From assembly GCF_004010195.1 (NCBI RefSeq), contig NC_057756.1:2854776-2918775 (forward strand): a DNA stretch of 64,000 nucleotides, given 5' to 3'. Shown piece by piece: positions 12,476 to 26,721 of this stretch. Every line of letters begins with the position of its first letter. The first letter of the stretch is position 1. This DNA is from Chiloscyllium plagiosum (Eukaryota). The notes below the pieces were generated by a model, which worked only from the letters and a program-made list of their open reading frames with translations, had not been told where the DNA came from and ran no database searches. The translations under genes were made by a program, and so were the position numbers.

Positions 12476-13799
12476 GTAAGTGTTGCATCATAATTAACTC
12501 AAAGGCGTGCATGCGTAATTGTTGACTGTCAAGAATATTCTTTTTCAGTCCTCAGTATGTCATGTGATGCATTGGAAAATGAATGGGAATTTTTGTTTCA
12601 TCGAGTAAAACTGTAATTGTTATTCATCAGCATAGAACATTGAGGAGAGGTTTGCTGCTATGTTCAAAATTCGAAATTCTTTGTAAATGAAATAAAATAA
12701 GCTGTAATTTATTTCGGCACTGCTGGTGGCCAGAATGGAAAGATTATAGGTTATTGCTGCAGATAAGTTGGAATGCAATAGAGTTGGAGAAATTGCCAAA
12801 CGGGTTATGATTCAATGAACATTGCCAGAACACTAGGAAACCAATGTATACATACTAAAAAAGTGGAATTGTTACTAAAACAAAGATATAAAATCAGCTA
12901 AGTTGTGGAGAAAGAAATCAGAGTACTTTACTTCAGTCTTTCATGGTGAGCTCGTGTTCTGACGATGCCATTGGGTTAGGTCTCACGTTTTGTTTTGTTT
13001 CTGTAAAAGAATGTCAGAGACAGTAATGCGAAGACATCTGACAAGGCAAATAACTTAAGCAAATAATGAGGACTTTCTTTCTTGTAAGCAACAGAAGCGG
13101 GCTAAATGTGCGGGATCAAGCATCTACATAAGCGGGATTTCTGCATTTAGCTTCTGAAGTTGTGTGTATTTGAAAGCTGGATTTCGAATCTTTCATTCCT
13201 CTCTGTTACTTCGGAAAGCTGTTGTTCTCTTCCTGCTACTAAACATGTTTGTGAACGAATTGTTTTTACTGATTAGGAACACAGAACACACGTTTTGTTG
13301 AAGTGGGAAAGGAAGGCGCATTGTAAATTAAACAGTTGCAAAATAATGACTAACCTATTTAAGGGTTGTTTGAGAGGTAAGTGCTAAATTTCTTCGAAGA
13401 ATTTGCATGCGATGGCAAGGTTTACTCATGAATGACAGGAGGAGCTGGTGAGAAAATGCTGTTTTACCAGATGCTGTAGAATTAAATTTTTGATGGTGAC
13501 AATTGAGGAGTTACAGAATTCACAAGGAGTATTGCCAAGAAAACCTGGTACTCCTTGAAACGAGTAGCAAAACGTTATATAAATTGACATTAGAGAGTCA
13601 GGTGAAATATGATGAAGTGCTGTTCGAAGTAACAGAGATACTTTCTTGTTTCCAGAAATACAATCTGTCCTTTGTAATATAATAGCTGGATCATAGTTGG
13701 CAAACTACTGAAAAATCAGGCACTGAGTAATTGAAGGACGAATATGCTGCGAAATTTCCTGACTGCGTGCTATCAACTAAACAAAGTAACGAAAGGAAA

Positions 13800-15450
13800 T
13801 CGAAGGAGAAATCACGAAATGAGTACAAGGAATTTGAAGGTCAACTATCAGAACCCACTTAAATGGGTGAGAAAAGAAAATAAGATTGGAGAAGGACAAA
13901 CGCATGTTTGTTTCTCGGATAATTTGGCTGAATTACAACTGACAGACGAAAAAGCAAAACAGTCCAAGCGGAAGGCAGCAGAGAAAAATAATCTGAGTTT
14001 ATACTAACATGTGGCGATGTTGAAAATGAAGTCGTGCTAAGGAGGTGGCCACCATTGCACATATTGAGAGCAATGAAAATTTGCAGCAGTGCATGATGTT
14101 ATACAACTGTTGCATTACAGAATGGAAATGTTTCGGGCAGTGCATAATTTATAAGAACAATGTAATTCTCCAGTAACACAAGCTCAACTGAAATGCAAAA
14201 AAGAGGCTTAGACTATATAATGATGCCATCAGATTTCGTGGGACATTTCATATGTGTTAGGTAATTGAAAATTTTGGGAAATGATGCCCATTTTTAGATT
14301 AGAGAAGCATTTTGCAAGAGCTCCAATTCATTAATTACAGTCCCGATTGAAAGAAAAATGTGGGAATCAGTGTTTGCTGACATAAGTGGATGTGGTCTAC
14401 TAAATTTGCAAACGGCATTCCATTACGCAGTTTCACGTCTTAATGTACTGCAAAAGAGTTACTTTTTTTGTATTGATATGGACTAACGACAGTAATACAA
14501 TCGGACCGAGTGTCTAATTAGGTTTTACATCACAATTATTTAAAGAATTTATGTACCACTTAGAAATAAAATAACACAAATCAATTGTGCACCATTTAAA
14601 TTCGCAAGAAGCCTCAGAGCAGAAGGATCAATCTTTCCATACAATTTAAAGGTTTTAGTTTAGGCATCCAGAGGACTGGGATAAGGATTTCCATTTCCAT
14701 ATTTTATAACTACTGAATGAGTCAGCTGAATTGAGTCATTTTAAATAGGATTTTAGATGACATGAAAGAACCAGCGAAATTAATTAAGGAACAATTGAAA
14801 ATTGAGTGTTCAGCGAGAAAGTATTTGTACTGGATATCAATTTTTATGGAAAGCGAGTGAGTTGGCCGAAGAGTACTTCACATTTGCTCAGAATGTCATG
14901 AAAAAGAAAATACGCAAGAGAACAAATCTCCGTAATTTTGCTGCAAAGACAAAGGGTACTGTCAGTATTAGTGTTATAATGGGAAGGTGCAGTGAACGGA
15001 AAATGAATGATAGAATTATTTTATAATTGCGCCAGATAGGAAGAAATCCCTGAGTGTATCACTAGAATACGCCTAAAGTGCACTTCGGCAGTTAAAGAAT
15101 TCCAAATGAGAATGCGTGCGTTACAAAGTGAAGACCAAATGATTCTGAATGGAATATCCCTCAAATTAAACTGGGTAATAGAGAAATTCCCCCAAGAAAC
15201 GATAGATTATTGAGATAACTTTCAAAAAGAACTTGAAATGACCTGAAACAGTTATAACAATCGCATCAGAAGGTACGTGGAATTAACTGGAAGTACATAT
15301 CTAATTATGCAAGATATGGATATCGGAAATTATATTCCAAATAAGTAACAGACATTTGGACTCTATCGTCTAAAGTTGGCATACGTTCAAACATATATTG
15401 CCTGCAAGTTCTTAGACAAAAGATTTGTCTCAATTGCAGCAAATAGAGGC
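13800..15450 (+). mobile_element. Second, more decayed Gmr1-like gypsy pol fragment (integrase to RT N-terminus)
   Basis: Remnant peptides GNQCLLT*VDV, YGLTTVIQSD, FTSQLFKEFM, HPEDWDK, ASELAEEYFTFAQNVMKK, collinear with the 7305-11272 copy. Confidence 0.7.
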
Positions 15451-15489
15451 CACCAGTAGTCATGGCACTGAAACTGAAGGTGTATAATT

Positions 15490-16915
15490 CACCTGTAGAA
15501 GATCGGCTACACCTAGAGCTCTAAGGGAGATAGCTGAAGACAGAGCAGATATTTTGATCGTGATCGTATAGCAATTGCTAGAATCAAGTAGGGTCTCGGA
15601 ATAATTGAAAACTGGGAACGTGGCATCCTTGTTTACAAAGTGAGTTATGCAAAGATGGAAAATTGCAGAATAGTTACCCTAACATCAGTCGTGGAATCCA
15701 TTGTGAATGATGAGATTTCTGAATGCTTGGTTGTTCATGGATAAATAGGGGAATGTCAGCATGGCTTAATTCAGGAGTTCGCAAACCTGTTAAAATTATT
15801 TGAGGAGGTGACAGGCAGGTTAGGCCAAGGAGAGCCAAAAGATATTATCTACCTAGACGTCAAGAGGCCCTTTTACAATTGTCCAAGCAGCAAGTTACAG
15901 AGATTGATATGTGCCCATGGTTTTCGAAGCATGGTGATAGCATGGATAGAAACTTGGCTGTCTGGAAGAAGGCAGGGAGAGAGGACCAAAATCGCACTTT
16001 TCAGACTGGCAGTCGGTGCCAATTGGTACTCCACTAGATTCAACTTTTCACTTTATACATTAATGATTTCGATGAAGGAACTGATTAGTTTTCCAGATGA
16101 TACAAAGCGAGGTAGACGAACAGATGGAATTGAGGAGGCGGGAGTCTGGAGATGAATTTGGACAGGTTATGACAGTGGATAAACTAATGACAGACTGAGG
16201 GCAATGTGGTTTCGAGTCATGTTATGCACATTGATAGGAAGAATAGAGTCGTGCACAATGTTCGAATTGAGGAGAAAAATCAGAAATTCGATATGTAGAG
16301 AGACTTGGGACTTCCAATTGATAATTCTCTCAAGGTAAACTTGCAGGTTAAGTCAGCAGTCGGGAAGGCAAATGCAATGATGACATATATTTTGAGAGGA
16401 TTTTAATCTCAAAGCAGTGATGTACTTCTGATGTTTTACAAAGCTCTAGTCAAACCACCTTTTGAATACTTAACAGAGTTTTGGGCAATTTCTCAGAGGG
16501 GGGATGTAATGACAGTGGAGAATATTTAGATGACGTTGGCAGGAATTTTCCCAGTAATGAAAATCTTAACATTTGAGGGGCATTTGAGGATTCGAGTCTA
16601 CACTCCATTGTGTTTATAAGGATGAGGGAGTTCAAATTTAAATACACAGAATCAACACCAAGAGGCAAATGGCCTGGCGAGAATAAATCTTGTGAAGATG
16701 TTTCCATTGCCACGAGAGTGTAGGATCGACGGGAATATCCTCAGAGTAAAGAGAAGACGATTTAGAACCGAGATATGGAGAACCTTATTCAGCCAGAGAG
16801 AGGTAACACTTTGGAACTAATTGCCGCAGAAGGCTGTGGGGGCGAGATCATTGAGTGTATTTAAATTGAGTGAAATCGATTTGTAAATATCCAGATGATC
16901 AAGGGTTTCTGAGAA
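15490..16915 (+). mobile_element. Decayed CR1 LINE ORF2 (RT); its 3' end resumes at about 18590-18700 after a nested insertion
   Basis: DIIYLD, WIETWLSGRRQ, FPDDTK remnants; 3' UTR remnant after 18590. Confidence 0.8.
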
Positions 16916-18587
16916 CAATAGAAATAGACAATAGACAATAGGTGCAGGAGTAGGCCATTCAGACCTTCGAGCCTGCACCGCCATTCAATATAATCATGGC
17001 TGATCATTCCTAATCAGTATCCTGTTCCTGCCTTATCTCCATAACCCTTGATTCCACTATCTTTGAGAGCTCCATCCAACTCCTTCTTAAATGAATCCAG
17101 AGAGTGGGCCTCCACTGCCCTCTAGGGCAAAGCATTCCACACAGCCACCACTCTCTGGGTGAAGAAGTTTCTCCTGAGCTCTGTCCTAAATGGTCTACCC
17201 CGTATTTTTAAGCTGTGTCCTCTGGTTCGGCACTCACCCATCAGTGGAAATATGTTTCCTACTGCCAGAGTGCCCAATCCTTTCATAATCTTATACGTCT
17301 CAATCAGATCCCCTCTCAATCTTCAAAACTCAAGGGTATACAAGCCCAGTCGCTTCAGTCTTTCAGTGTAAGGTAATCCTGCCATTCCAGGAATTGACCT
17401 CAATAGAATGTCTTTTCTCAAATTTGGAGACCAGAACTGCACACAGTACTCCAAGTGTGGTCTCACCAGGGCCCTGTACAGCTGCAGAAGAACCTCTTTG
17501 CTTCTATACTCAATCCCTCTTGTTATGAAGGCCAGCATGCTATTAGCCTTCCTCACTACCTGCTGTACCTGCATGCTTGCCTTCATTGACTGGTGTACAA
17601 GAACACCCAAATCTCTNNNNNNNNNNNNNNNNNNNNNNNNNNNNNNNNNNNNNNNNNNNNNNNNNNNNNNNNNNNNNNNNNNNNNNNNNNNNNNNNNNNN
17701 NNNNNNNNNNNNNNNNNNNNNNNNNNNNNNNNNNNNNNNNNNNNNNNNNNNNNNNNNNNNNNNNNNNNNNNNNNNNNNNNNNNNNNNNNNNNNNNNNNNN
17801 NNNNNNNNNNNNNNNNNNNNNNNNNNNNNNNNNNNNNNNNNNNNNNNNNNNNNNNNNNNNNNNNNNNNNNNNNNNNNNNNNNNNNNNNNNNNNNNNNNNN
17901 NNNNNNNNNNNNNNNNNNNNNNNNNNNNNNNNNNNNNNNNNNNNNNNNNNNNNNNNNNNNNNNNNNNNNNNNNNNNNNNNNNNNNNNNNNNNNNNNNNNN
18001 NNNNNNNNNNNNNNNNNNNNNNNNNNNNNNNNNNNNNNNNNNNNNNNNNNNNNNNNNNNNNNNNNNNNNNNNNNNNNNNNNNNNNNNNNNNNNNNNNNNN
18101 NNNNNNNNNNNNNNNNNNNNNNNNNNNNNNNNNNNNNNNNNNNNNNNNNNNNNNNNNNNNNNNNNNNNNNNNNNNNNNNNNNNNNNNNNNNNNNNNNNNN
18201 NNNNNNNNNNNNNNNNNNNNNNNNNNNNNNNNNNNNNNNNNNNNNNNNNNGCCCCGGAGGCTTATCAACCTTCAGACCTAACAGCTTCTCCAACACCAAA
18301 TCCTGGCAAATATAAATTCCCTTAAGTTCAGGTCCTTCAGCTACTGTTACCTCAGGGAGATTGCTTGTGTCTTCCCAAGTGAACACAGATCTGAAGTACC
18401 CATTTAATTCCTCCATTTCTTTGTTCCTAGTAATATATTCCCCTGTTTCTGTCTTCAAGGGCCCAATTTTTGTCCTAACCATTTTTTTTGCCTTGCACAT
18501 ACCTAAAAAAGCTTTTACTATCCTCCTTAATATTCTTGGCCAGTTTACCTTCGTGCGTTATTTTTCCTCTGCGTATTTCATTCTTAG
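16915..18587 (-). mobile_element. Young CR1 LINE nested in the older CR1; spans an assembly gap
   Basis: Well-preserved [19 protein letters not shown] and LNGYFRSVFT peptides; tail seen as (AGACAAT)n near 16915-16940. Confidence 0.9.
17617..18250. other. Assembly gap (N run)
   Basis: Run of n characters. Confidence 1.
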
Positions 18588-21500
18588 TAACAAGCAGGAG
18601 AATTAGGGCTAAGAAACTTAGCAGAAATGAATAAATGGTGGAGCAGACTCAATGTGCTGAATGGCCCCTAATTTCTGTTTCCACGTCTTATTGTCTCTTT
18701 GAAATTGATGCATCCAGCGATTATGCGAAGACTATCACAAAGGCAATGCTATTACAACATTGGATTCACCTGGTCTTCGACGTTTGTAAGACTGCAATGA
18801 GAATTTGAAAAAAAGCAACTTGCATTTAACATTTCGGCATACTCGGGATCCTAACAGTTAACACTATCTGAAAGAGCAAAGACAATGTCAGCTTTCATGA
18901 TTCCGAATGGACTGCAACACATTAAATGCCTGCCATTTGTACGATAAATGCAGCAGCCACATTTCAAAGTTAAATCATCAATATATTTTCGGAATCATCC
19001 AAATGGGCAGTGTACAATGTTGGTCTGTTGATTAAGTCACACATGCAAGTAACATTAGGAGCTTCCATCGGAAATTTTGAATCAACATCAGGAGGGAATG
19101 TATAATGCGTTGTTCTTGGAGAGTTCCACATCAATCGACGAAGAGTAAGTACAATTCCTAGGTCTGAGTGTCTTTTTTTTAATCAGAGTTTCGCACCAAA
19201 ATTTAGCAGTGTACTTGCTCGACGAACTAGCTTTTTCAAGAAGTGTTATGCACATGTCACTACATCGCGCTATTCAACATGTGTATCGATGTGGCTGATG
19301 TGGGTGTCAAGGTGCACGCTCTCATGAAGATGATAATAATATGGAAAGACTTATTTGGCATCTTAGATACAGAAAATTGAACAATCAACAAGATAAGTTA
19401 CACACAATTGAAAAGGAGATCTGAATCTTGCTGTTCACATTGCACATTTTGAACATGAATATTGCCAGTAAGATGACTGAGATATTTACATACCCTGATC
19501 TTAACATATTGGAGACGAAAAAGAATGAAAAATGCAGACAGTTTAGAATGAACGTTTTTTTTATAACATTCAATTTCAAAATTATATTCTGGGAAGGATT
19601 ATAGAATGTAATTGCTGAAACGTTGTCGTCACTGTTATGAAGGAAGTCGAATGCGTTCATTGGCGCGACAATATGATTAAAATGGATTGCAGGAGTGAAT
19701 ATTTGCATGTTCAGATCTGATGGCATCCAGTTGCACAGTAGTGGTAATAGTGTGAGGCTGAAGTTGTGTTTCTGTATAAAGTGAATTTACTTTTGTATAT
19801 TGTTAGTTAATTTTCTGAAAGGGAAAGTGTGACGAATCTACGACTTTATGTTTCTTGGAATGAAGAAAGCTTGAGACAGGTGCATCAAATGGTCTGCTCA
19901 AAGGAAATGAATGAACAGCTGGTGAGGCATTTTTTTAAAAAAGAGGTACAACAGAAGCAGCCTAAATTGATGTGTTCATAACTCCAAAAAAACAGGGCTT
20001 TTATTTTTTTGGTGTACACATTTGCTGGGATTCTGGAATTGGATGTTGAAGATTGTCGCCCTCTCTCCGTTACAATTAAAGTTAGGGTCACATCATGCTG
20101 CTCGAAATGCATGTGAGACAAACTATATTGAATATGCCTTTGCCAACTCTGTGCTTGGCGAAGCTAAACTAATAGGGATGGCGATAGAGTGCAATAGATG
20201 CCGTTATCCTTTCAAAACAATGCAACTACCTCACTCGCTCTGCAGAACCAAAAAAGCGTTCGGATCAACAGTACCCGCATTGTCACTGGTAAGTTTACTT
20301 GTTTAACCAAGTTCTCAAGTGAAATGAAAGGCTTAAACATCCTTTTTAGTCGGACTTGGACAATGCTTGTCCATATTTTAACAGATCCCAATCATGTAAT
20401 TTACTTTGTTCGGATTGCTGTCAAATTCTGTTCTTATCGATACTCCTTGCTTTCACTTCGACATTCGCTGTGCCTTTTAATTTAACTGTTCTGTAATATT
20501 TTATCAAAAGATTGCACATTTTCAGAATTTACTTCTCATTTCGTTTGCATTCATTTAGCCACTGTCGTCATCACAGTTTTCTTTTGACCTTGTTTGTCTT
20601 TATTCTTTTGTATGCTTGTTTATTCATTAATAAGTTGTTTTCATCTTTCTGTGTATCTACCTTCCTTTATTACTGTCTGACGTTCTTGCCATAATTAATC
20701 AGTAACTCTTTGAGTTCTTCTTTCATATCTACCTTAATTCTCATACTGTATCTTCCTGAATTGCTCCGTGTTACATGCAATTCGTGAAACAGTCTTTGCA
20801 ATACACTCATTTCATGATTGTTTATTTAATTTTGTTTTCTTTGGTATATCTGCATCTCTTTCGTTTTATAATTTTGCTCTTTCAGGTTCTTTTTGAATTC
20901 ACTTTTAACCCTTTGTTCGTTCACACCCATACACCATCTCTGTTTGCATATTTCATCGAGGGTCTTTAATCATGTTAAATTCAAAATTCCAGGTCTACGT
21001 GATTTTAATTCAAAATGTTTATTGGGATTCACCAAAGCCACATTGTAATTCTTGTTGAAAAATTAGTTGCTTCGAGACATGTTGGATCATAGTCACTAAA
21101 AAGTTGATTGTGATCCAAGAACAAACTGGACAGATATTCTGATAAAAGAAAATGAATATGATCCTCAATGAAAACTAATCAGAGAAGTCAATTGAAATTC
21201 TAATTCATTGAATTATTCAAGTGTACTACAAATGATAATTTGAAGACTCAAATTATATATATGTATGTATGTATATATATTGTTGCGCACTGAACGTCTG
21301 TGTTAACTTCATTCTACTACCTCAGTCTAAGCTTTATAGTAGACAATATCAATTTGTACACAGAGAGGAAACGATTGCTTTGCAGCTTGCCTGTAATACT
21401 GTAACACAACTTTGGAAAAATCAATCGTTTAATTTTATTTATTGGTCAGTTATTTCCATCCCCTCGTAATCACAGCAAATATATGTTTACAAATCGAACT

Positions 21501-21716
21501 CGTATTAAAGCACTCCACAATATATGTTTATCTGTCCCACTGAACAGCATACTTTATTAGTGTGATTACCTAATGGAATGAAACAAGAACGGTTAACAAA
21601 ATAATGTTACATCAACTAAGACACGAATGGATACCCACTTTACGAGCAAAAGAAAATTGAATAAGAAAGAAAAAATCTAATAAGATCTGCAATTTTATGT
21701 TTCATTTCTTATTCAG

Positions 21717-21752
21717 AGCTTGCTGAAGCAGAGAAAAGGGTCGATTCAGTTG
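21717..21752 (+). CDS. Micro-exon 4 (36 nt, phase 1-1); QLAEAEKRVDSV
   Basis: tttcatttcttattcag acceptor, TTG|gtaaat donor, open frame, hydrophobic residues at positions 2, 5, 9 and 12. Confidence 0.8.
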
Positions 21753-22755
21753 GTAAATCGCTCACTGTCTAATCCAAACTGTTTTCTGTTGAAATTACGT
21801 TTGTACTCGGAGTTGTACTTTCTAATGATGAACACTGGCATTTTTGCAGTCACATATGTCGCTTATTAAGGAGTTCATGACTTGTCATTAAGCATCTTTT
21901 GCAAGTTATTTGCGATAAAATCATATTCTTTGCCGTTCTAATTTTGCATGTTCGGTGCTAAGATAGATATTTCCCTGCGAAATCATCAGGTTTCTTTTTT
22001 CAAAATATGCAAGACCTTCGTAAATTCTTCGATACAACATTCCGAACGAATGACTTAAATATTGCATTGACCACGACAGTGCATGTTTTCAATAAGGTTA
22101 GAAGTGGTTTGATTTACACGCCAATTTATGACATTCCCATTCTTAGAACATATCCCTGATATTGAGACATCTCAAACTACTTATTGAACTGTCCATCTGT
22201 TTTGTATTCTAAATTTGCACATAACTGTTAATCAACAGATAGAAAAGGAGAATTGTCACGAATTCGCTGAATTTCACAAGTTTTTTGATTAAACAAATGA
22301 TACATCAACTGCGAGCGTTTATTAATCATTGATTGACGTCCATGAAATTACAGCAACATGAATGGTACTTTGTCAGAAATTTACGAATTTAAAACTCTTA
22401 TTGAAACACTCCAAATAGCTGGTCACCTTGCACAATGCATAAGTTCTGAGAAATTTGGAATGGAATTTCATTTTTCCATTTTGCTTCTTCATTCTTCAGA
22501 ACGGGTTTCTGTCATTGTGCTCAAGCTGACTTTGAAAAATGCACTTACATCCAGAAATTGATGTATTTCTGCACTACTTCCGTTCGATGAGTTCAAGACT
22601 TCCTTCGCCATATGGTTCTAAACCTGCTGTATTGCTGTAATTCATTAAATTTGGGGTACAAAGTAACTTTATTTATGTAAATAATAACAGCTGTATATTT
22701 AGATTACGCAGTAAAATTTACTATCATTAATGCAATCTATTTATACACTTTACAG

Positions 22756-22782
22756 AAAGGCAGCTAAATGTTTTGACTGGAG
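22756..22782 (+). CDS. Micro-exon 5 (27 nt, phase 1-1); ERQLNVLTG
   Basis: atttatacactttacag acceptor, GAG|gtaaaa donor; 1003-nt intron after exon 4; continues the heptad register. Confidence 0.75.
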
Positions 22783-25149
22783 GTAAAAATAGGTTTTTCT
22801 TGCCAATTTTGATTGTTGGCTTGTCAAAAGCAACCTTTTCCCTTATATTTCTCAATATTTTTATTTCCTTTGTACTTCCAAACCTTGGTTCAGTGACTTT
22901 TTTTCGTCCAACCTGCTCGCAGAGATGAGAATGAACCGTGGAAATGAAGGCAAGCAACGATTGCATTAATTCTAGTAACCACAATCGTTATAATAACTGT
23001 TGTACAATAATAATTTTTCTGAATGTATTCAAGTCCTCTGCCAAGTAGTGAGGAAATTGAGCCTGTAATCATCAGAACATAGAATGAGAGATAATCATTG
23101 GAGACTGATGAAATCCTTTAATGGTCAGACAATGGATTTTTTTAACACCAAAAACATTGGGATTTTGAAGATCACAAATTCGTGTAATTTTCGACATAAG
23201 TGTGCAGTTGTTGCTCGTTAATTATTTACATTCAAAAGAGACGATCTTGTATGACTTGTTGCTATTGATAAACATTACAAAGCATATTTCATGGTGACAA
23301 CAGCTTGAATTAGCATCGTTAGTCATTATCACGACTAGCAATAAAGAGCCAGGTTATTTTTGATGGTTTCTATCTCCAAATTTTCATTGTTTGACATGAA
23401 TGAACGAAATGATAAAGCAAAAATAAACTAAAGCAATCGAGAACTGATGCAAAAAGTAAATTATGACGTTTTGGATTGTGTTGGGGAGACATTTCATCGA
23501 GGAATGTCCAGTTCTGTGTTCTGACGTTTATGCAGAGTTAATTTCCCACAGGTGTGGGAAACACCAGAGACCTCCCCGAATTGGGCTTTCACTTGGGGCC
23601 CTGTGGCCTTCCAAATCGAGCTCAAAATAGAGGTCAGTTTAACTCTACCTTTCCCAATGAATGCAGGAAATGCATACTGTGTTACATTAATTACGCACAA
23701 CACTGACATCAGTGCTTGCCACGTTCTGTTCTGGTCTGCATATTCAAGCCTGCGACGATCCATAATACACAACTTCATAATCAATCTTAGGGTTAGCGTG
23801 ATATTAACCTCATTAATTTACATTCCAACACATGCTCATCCTGGACATTTTGCGGATGCACCATACACTTGCTTAGTACAGATGATTGTTCGAATTCTGT
23901 TATAATATTCAGATTGTTGCTGTGTCATGATGCAGTATTGAAATAGTGTTCATTTCTACCAATCGTTATAATATTAGTACTGTCAGCTTGAACGCTGTTA
24001 CGTATGAAGTTACTCGCAGTTGCATTTGTATTGCAATTTTGTCACACAACAAATACTCTTGGGGGAGCATCTTTCATCTTACTCAACTTACATAATTTAA
24101 AAGAAGTATCTCTGTCAAGCAGCTGACATTTGCAATGTCTTCCATTTTGCATGCTGTAAGATGGTTTCATACAGATATTTGGTGAAAAGATGAACTCTAT
24201 TGCCGTTTCTTGAACTACTTTTATATAGCATATGTTTATATTCCTCCAATAGAAATGAAATTCAAGCACCATGAAACCTCCATTAAGTCATTTAAATGTT
24301 TTTTTTCAATATGTTACGCTATTCATAAGTTGCAAGTCAAGTTTATTGTCTCAAGGTTACAGCTACCCTGTATCACAATTGTTTCTATGCCACTTTCTTC
24401 ACTTTGTCTTTCTCTTAATACTCATATGGAAATGTTTGCTCATAACGTTTTTCATCATAACCTTCCCGGTGAGGAAAGAAATAGTCCCTAGAAGGCGTTC
24501 ATCGAGACAAGATTCTGCTATTATGAGATCATACTGTTCTTTTAATTCTTGCTAATCTGAGAACTTCCGGCGAACTGTTGCCAAACATTTCTTATCAGAC
24601 TGCCTCCAAATAGTATCTACCATCGTGAGTTTGTGCAGAGCTTCTGTATTTTAAAGGCCAGCTTCTGTGTTCTCACTCTATCTACCGTTTTAATTTGATC
24701 TCAAAACTTCAATTAGCACAATTGAGGATAACATTTTAATTCTGAAACCATCAAGTTAATTCTGGTGCCGTAGCTAGGGACGTTTTCTGTCAAATTTATG
24801 TCATCTAAAAATCCATGGGAAGACTTTTTTGCCATTTCTGGCAACTGGGTGCCACAACAGTCTTACATCTTCAGATGTTTTCATGCAGTACACTATCTCC
24901 GATATTTGTGGTCATTAATCTGCAGATTATTGCGATGTCAACCTAAGTACATTGCTGAGATTTTGGAAGGCTCCAGTTTGGATGTTTCACAGCCCAATGC
25001 TAACATTGACAAATCTTTTTTTTTGTCGCAGTGGTATAGCAGCTTTGACGCATTGTTTAATGAATGTAGGCAATAACTGAAAATAATTTTGAAATCTCTA
25101 GCTACGAGATTGCTGAGGGAAAAGAAAGAAAAATGCAAATCCATATTTT

Positions 25150-25990
25150 GACACTGCAGATTAAATAAACTGGAAAGTGAAGGCAGTGGATTGATGAAAG
25201 GATGTTGCAGGTTATAGCGGGACATAGATAAGCTGCAAAGCTGGACTGAGAGGTGACAATGGTGGTTAATGCCAGAAAATGTAAGATGATTCGCTTTGGA
25301 TGGTTCAACAGGTATAAAGAGTACTGGATTGACAACAAGATACTTAGGTTAAATGAGCTCTGAGATCTCAGTGTGCATTTACATAGATCCCTAAAAGTTT
25401 CCATCAAGGCTGATAGGGTTGTTAAAAAGACAAAGGATGTGTTAACCTGTATTGTTAGTGGGATTGCGTTTCGGAGCCAGGAAATCAAACTGTAGCTGTC
25501 CAAAACTCTGGTGCATCCACATTTGGAGTATTGTCTCCAGTTCTGATCCCCACTTTATCGGAAAGATGTAGAAGCTTTGGAGAGGGTTCAGAGCAGATTT
25601 ATCAGGATGTAGCCTGGTATGGAAGAAAAGTCTTACGAGGAATGTTTGAGGGACTTAAGGCTGAGAAGTTGTTTCCATTAGGAGGGCAAATGAGGACCCG
25701 TGGGCACAGACTTGAAATTAGTCAGGATAAATTTAGAATGGAAATGAGGAGAAATTTCAACCAGAGCGCCGGCCCCGGAATCCATTGCCACTGAGTGTAG
25801 TGGAAGTCATATTAAATGACCTCAAGGCAGTGATTGACAAATTCTTGATCTCGCAAGGCATTAAGGAATATGGGGAGAGTACGGGTACGTAGAGTTGAAA
25901 TGCCCATCAGCAATCATTAAATGGTGGAGTGGACTCGATAGGCTGAATGGTCTTACTTCCACTTCTATGTATTACAGTCTTATGGTCTTA
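25150..25990 (+). mobile_element. CR1 LINE 3' fragment whose 3' end is the left arm of the inverted duplication
   Basis: ctctggtgcatccacatttggagtattgt..cagttctg motif (LVHPHLEYC); CR1-type 3' UTR. Confidence 0.8.
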
Positions 25991-26721
25991 CAGAATACAG
26001 AGGTTTCGCAACGTCTGACTCAGTCCTTCAAACTTATAAATATTACTCTTAACAGCTGCCTTTATTTCTCTTTTTCATCAATGTTTTATGCTCAGCCTCA
26101 TCTCGGAATGTCAGCAATGGAAAATATAATGCACAGCGGTGGAAGGGAAAATAATTATCTTGTAACCTACATGTGTAAGCAGAATGTCAATGATATCAAG
26201 TTGTACAAAACACTGACATGGATACACTTTTCGTTTAACACGTTGAAAGTTGTATGCTTCTCACTACAATACTTTACGTTTCTGGAAAAACAAAACATGA
26301 TGATTGTGAAGAGAAATAAAGGCAGCTGTTAAGAGTAATATTTATAAGTTTGAAGGACTGAGTCAGACGTTGCGAAACCTCTGTATTCTGTAAGACCATA
26401 AGACTGTAATACATAGAAGTGGAAGTAAGACCATTCAGCCTATCGAGTCCACTCCACCATTTAATGATTGCTGATGGGCATTTCAACTCTACGTACCCGT
26501 ACTCTCCCCATATTCCTTAATGCCTTGCGAGATCAAGAATTTGTCAATCACTGCCTTGAGGTCATTTAATATGACTTCCACTACACTCAGTGGCAATGGA
26601 TTCCGGGGCCGGCGCTCTGGTTGAAATTTCTCCTCATTTCCATTCTAAATTTATCCTGACTAATTTCAAGTCTGTGCCCACGGGTCCTCATTTGCCCTCC
26701 TAATGGAAACAACTTCTCAGC
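25660..26721. repeat. Inverted repeat: 413-bp arms (25660-26072 and 26309-26721), 236-bp spacer
   Basis: Arms are reverse complements with equal coordinate sums (no net indel); the ORF track shows an identical peptide of about 60 aa on opposite strands. Confidence 0.95.

Noticed and set aside
17408..18500. Long ORFs of 234-305 aa in the ORF track
   Set aside because: Artefacts of the N gap within a CR1.
20246..20288. Exon-like segment with strong gtaagt donor
   Set aside because: 43 nt, not frame-preserving; peptide is not coiled-coil-like.
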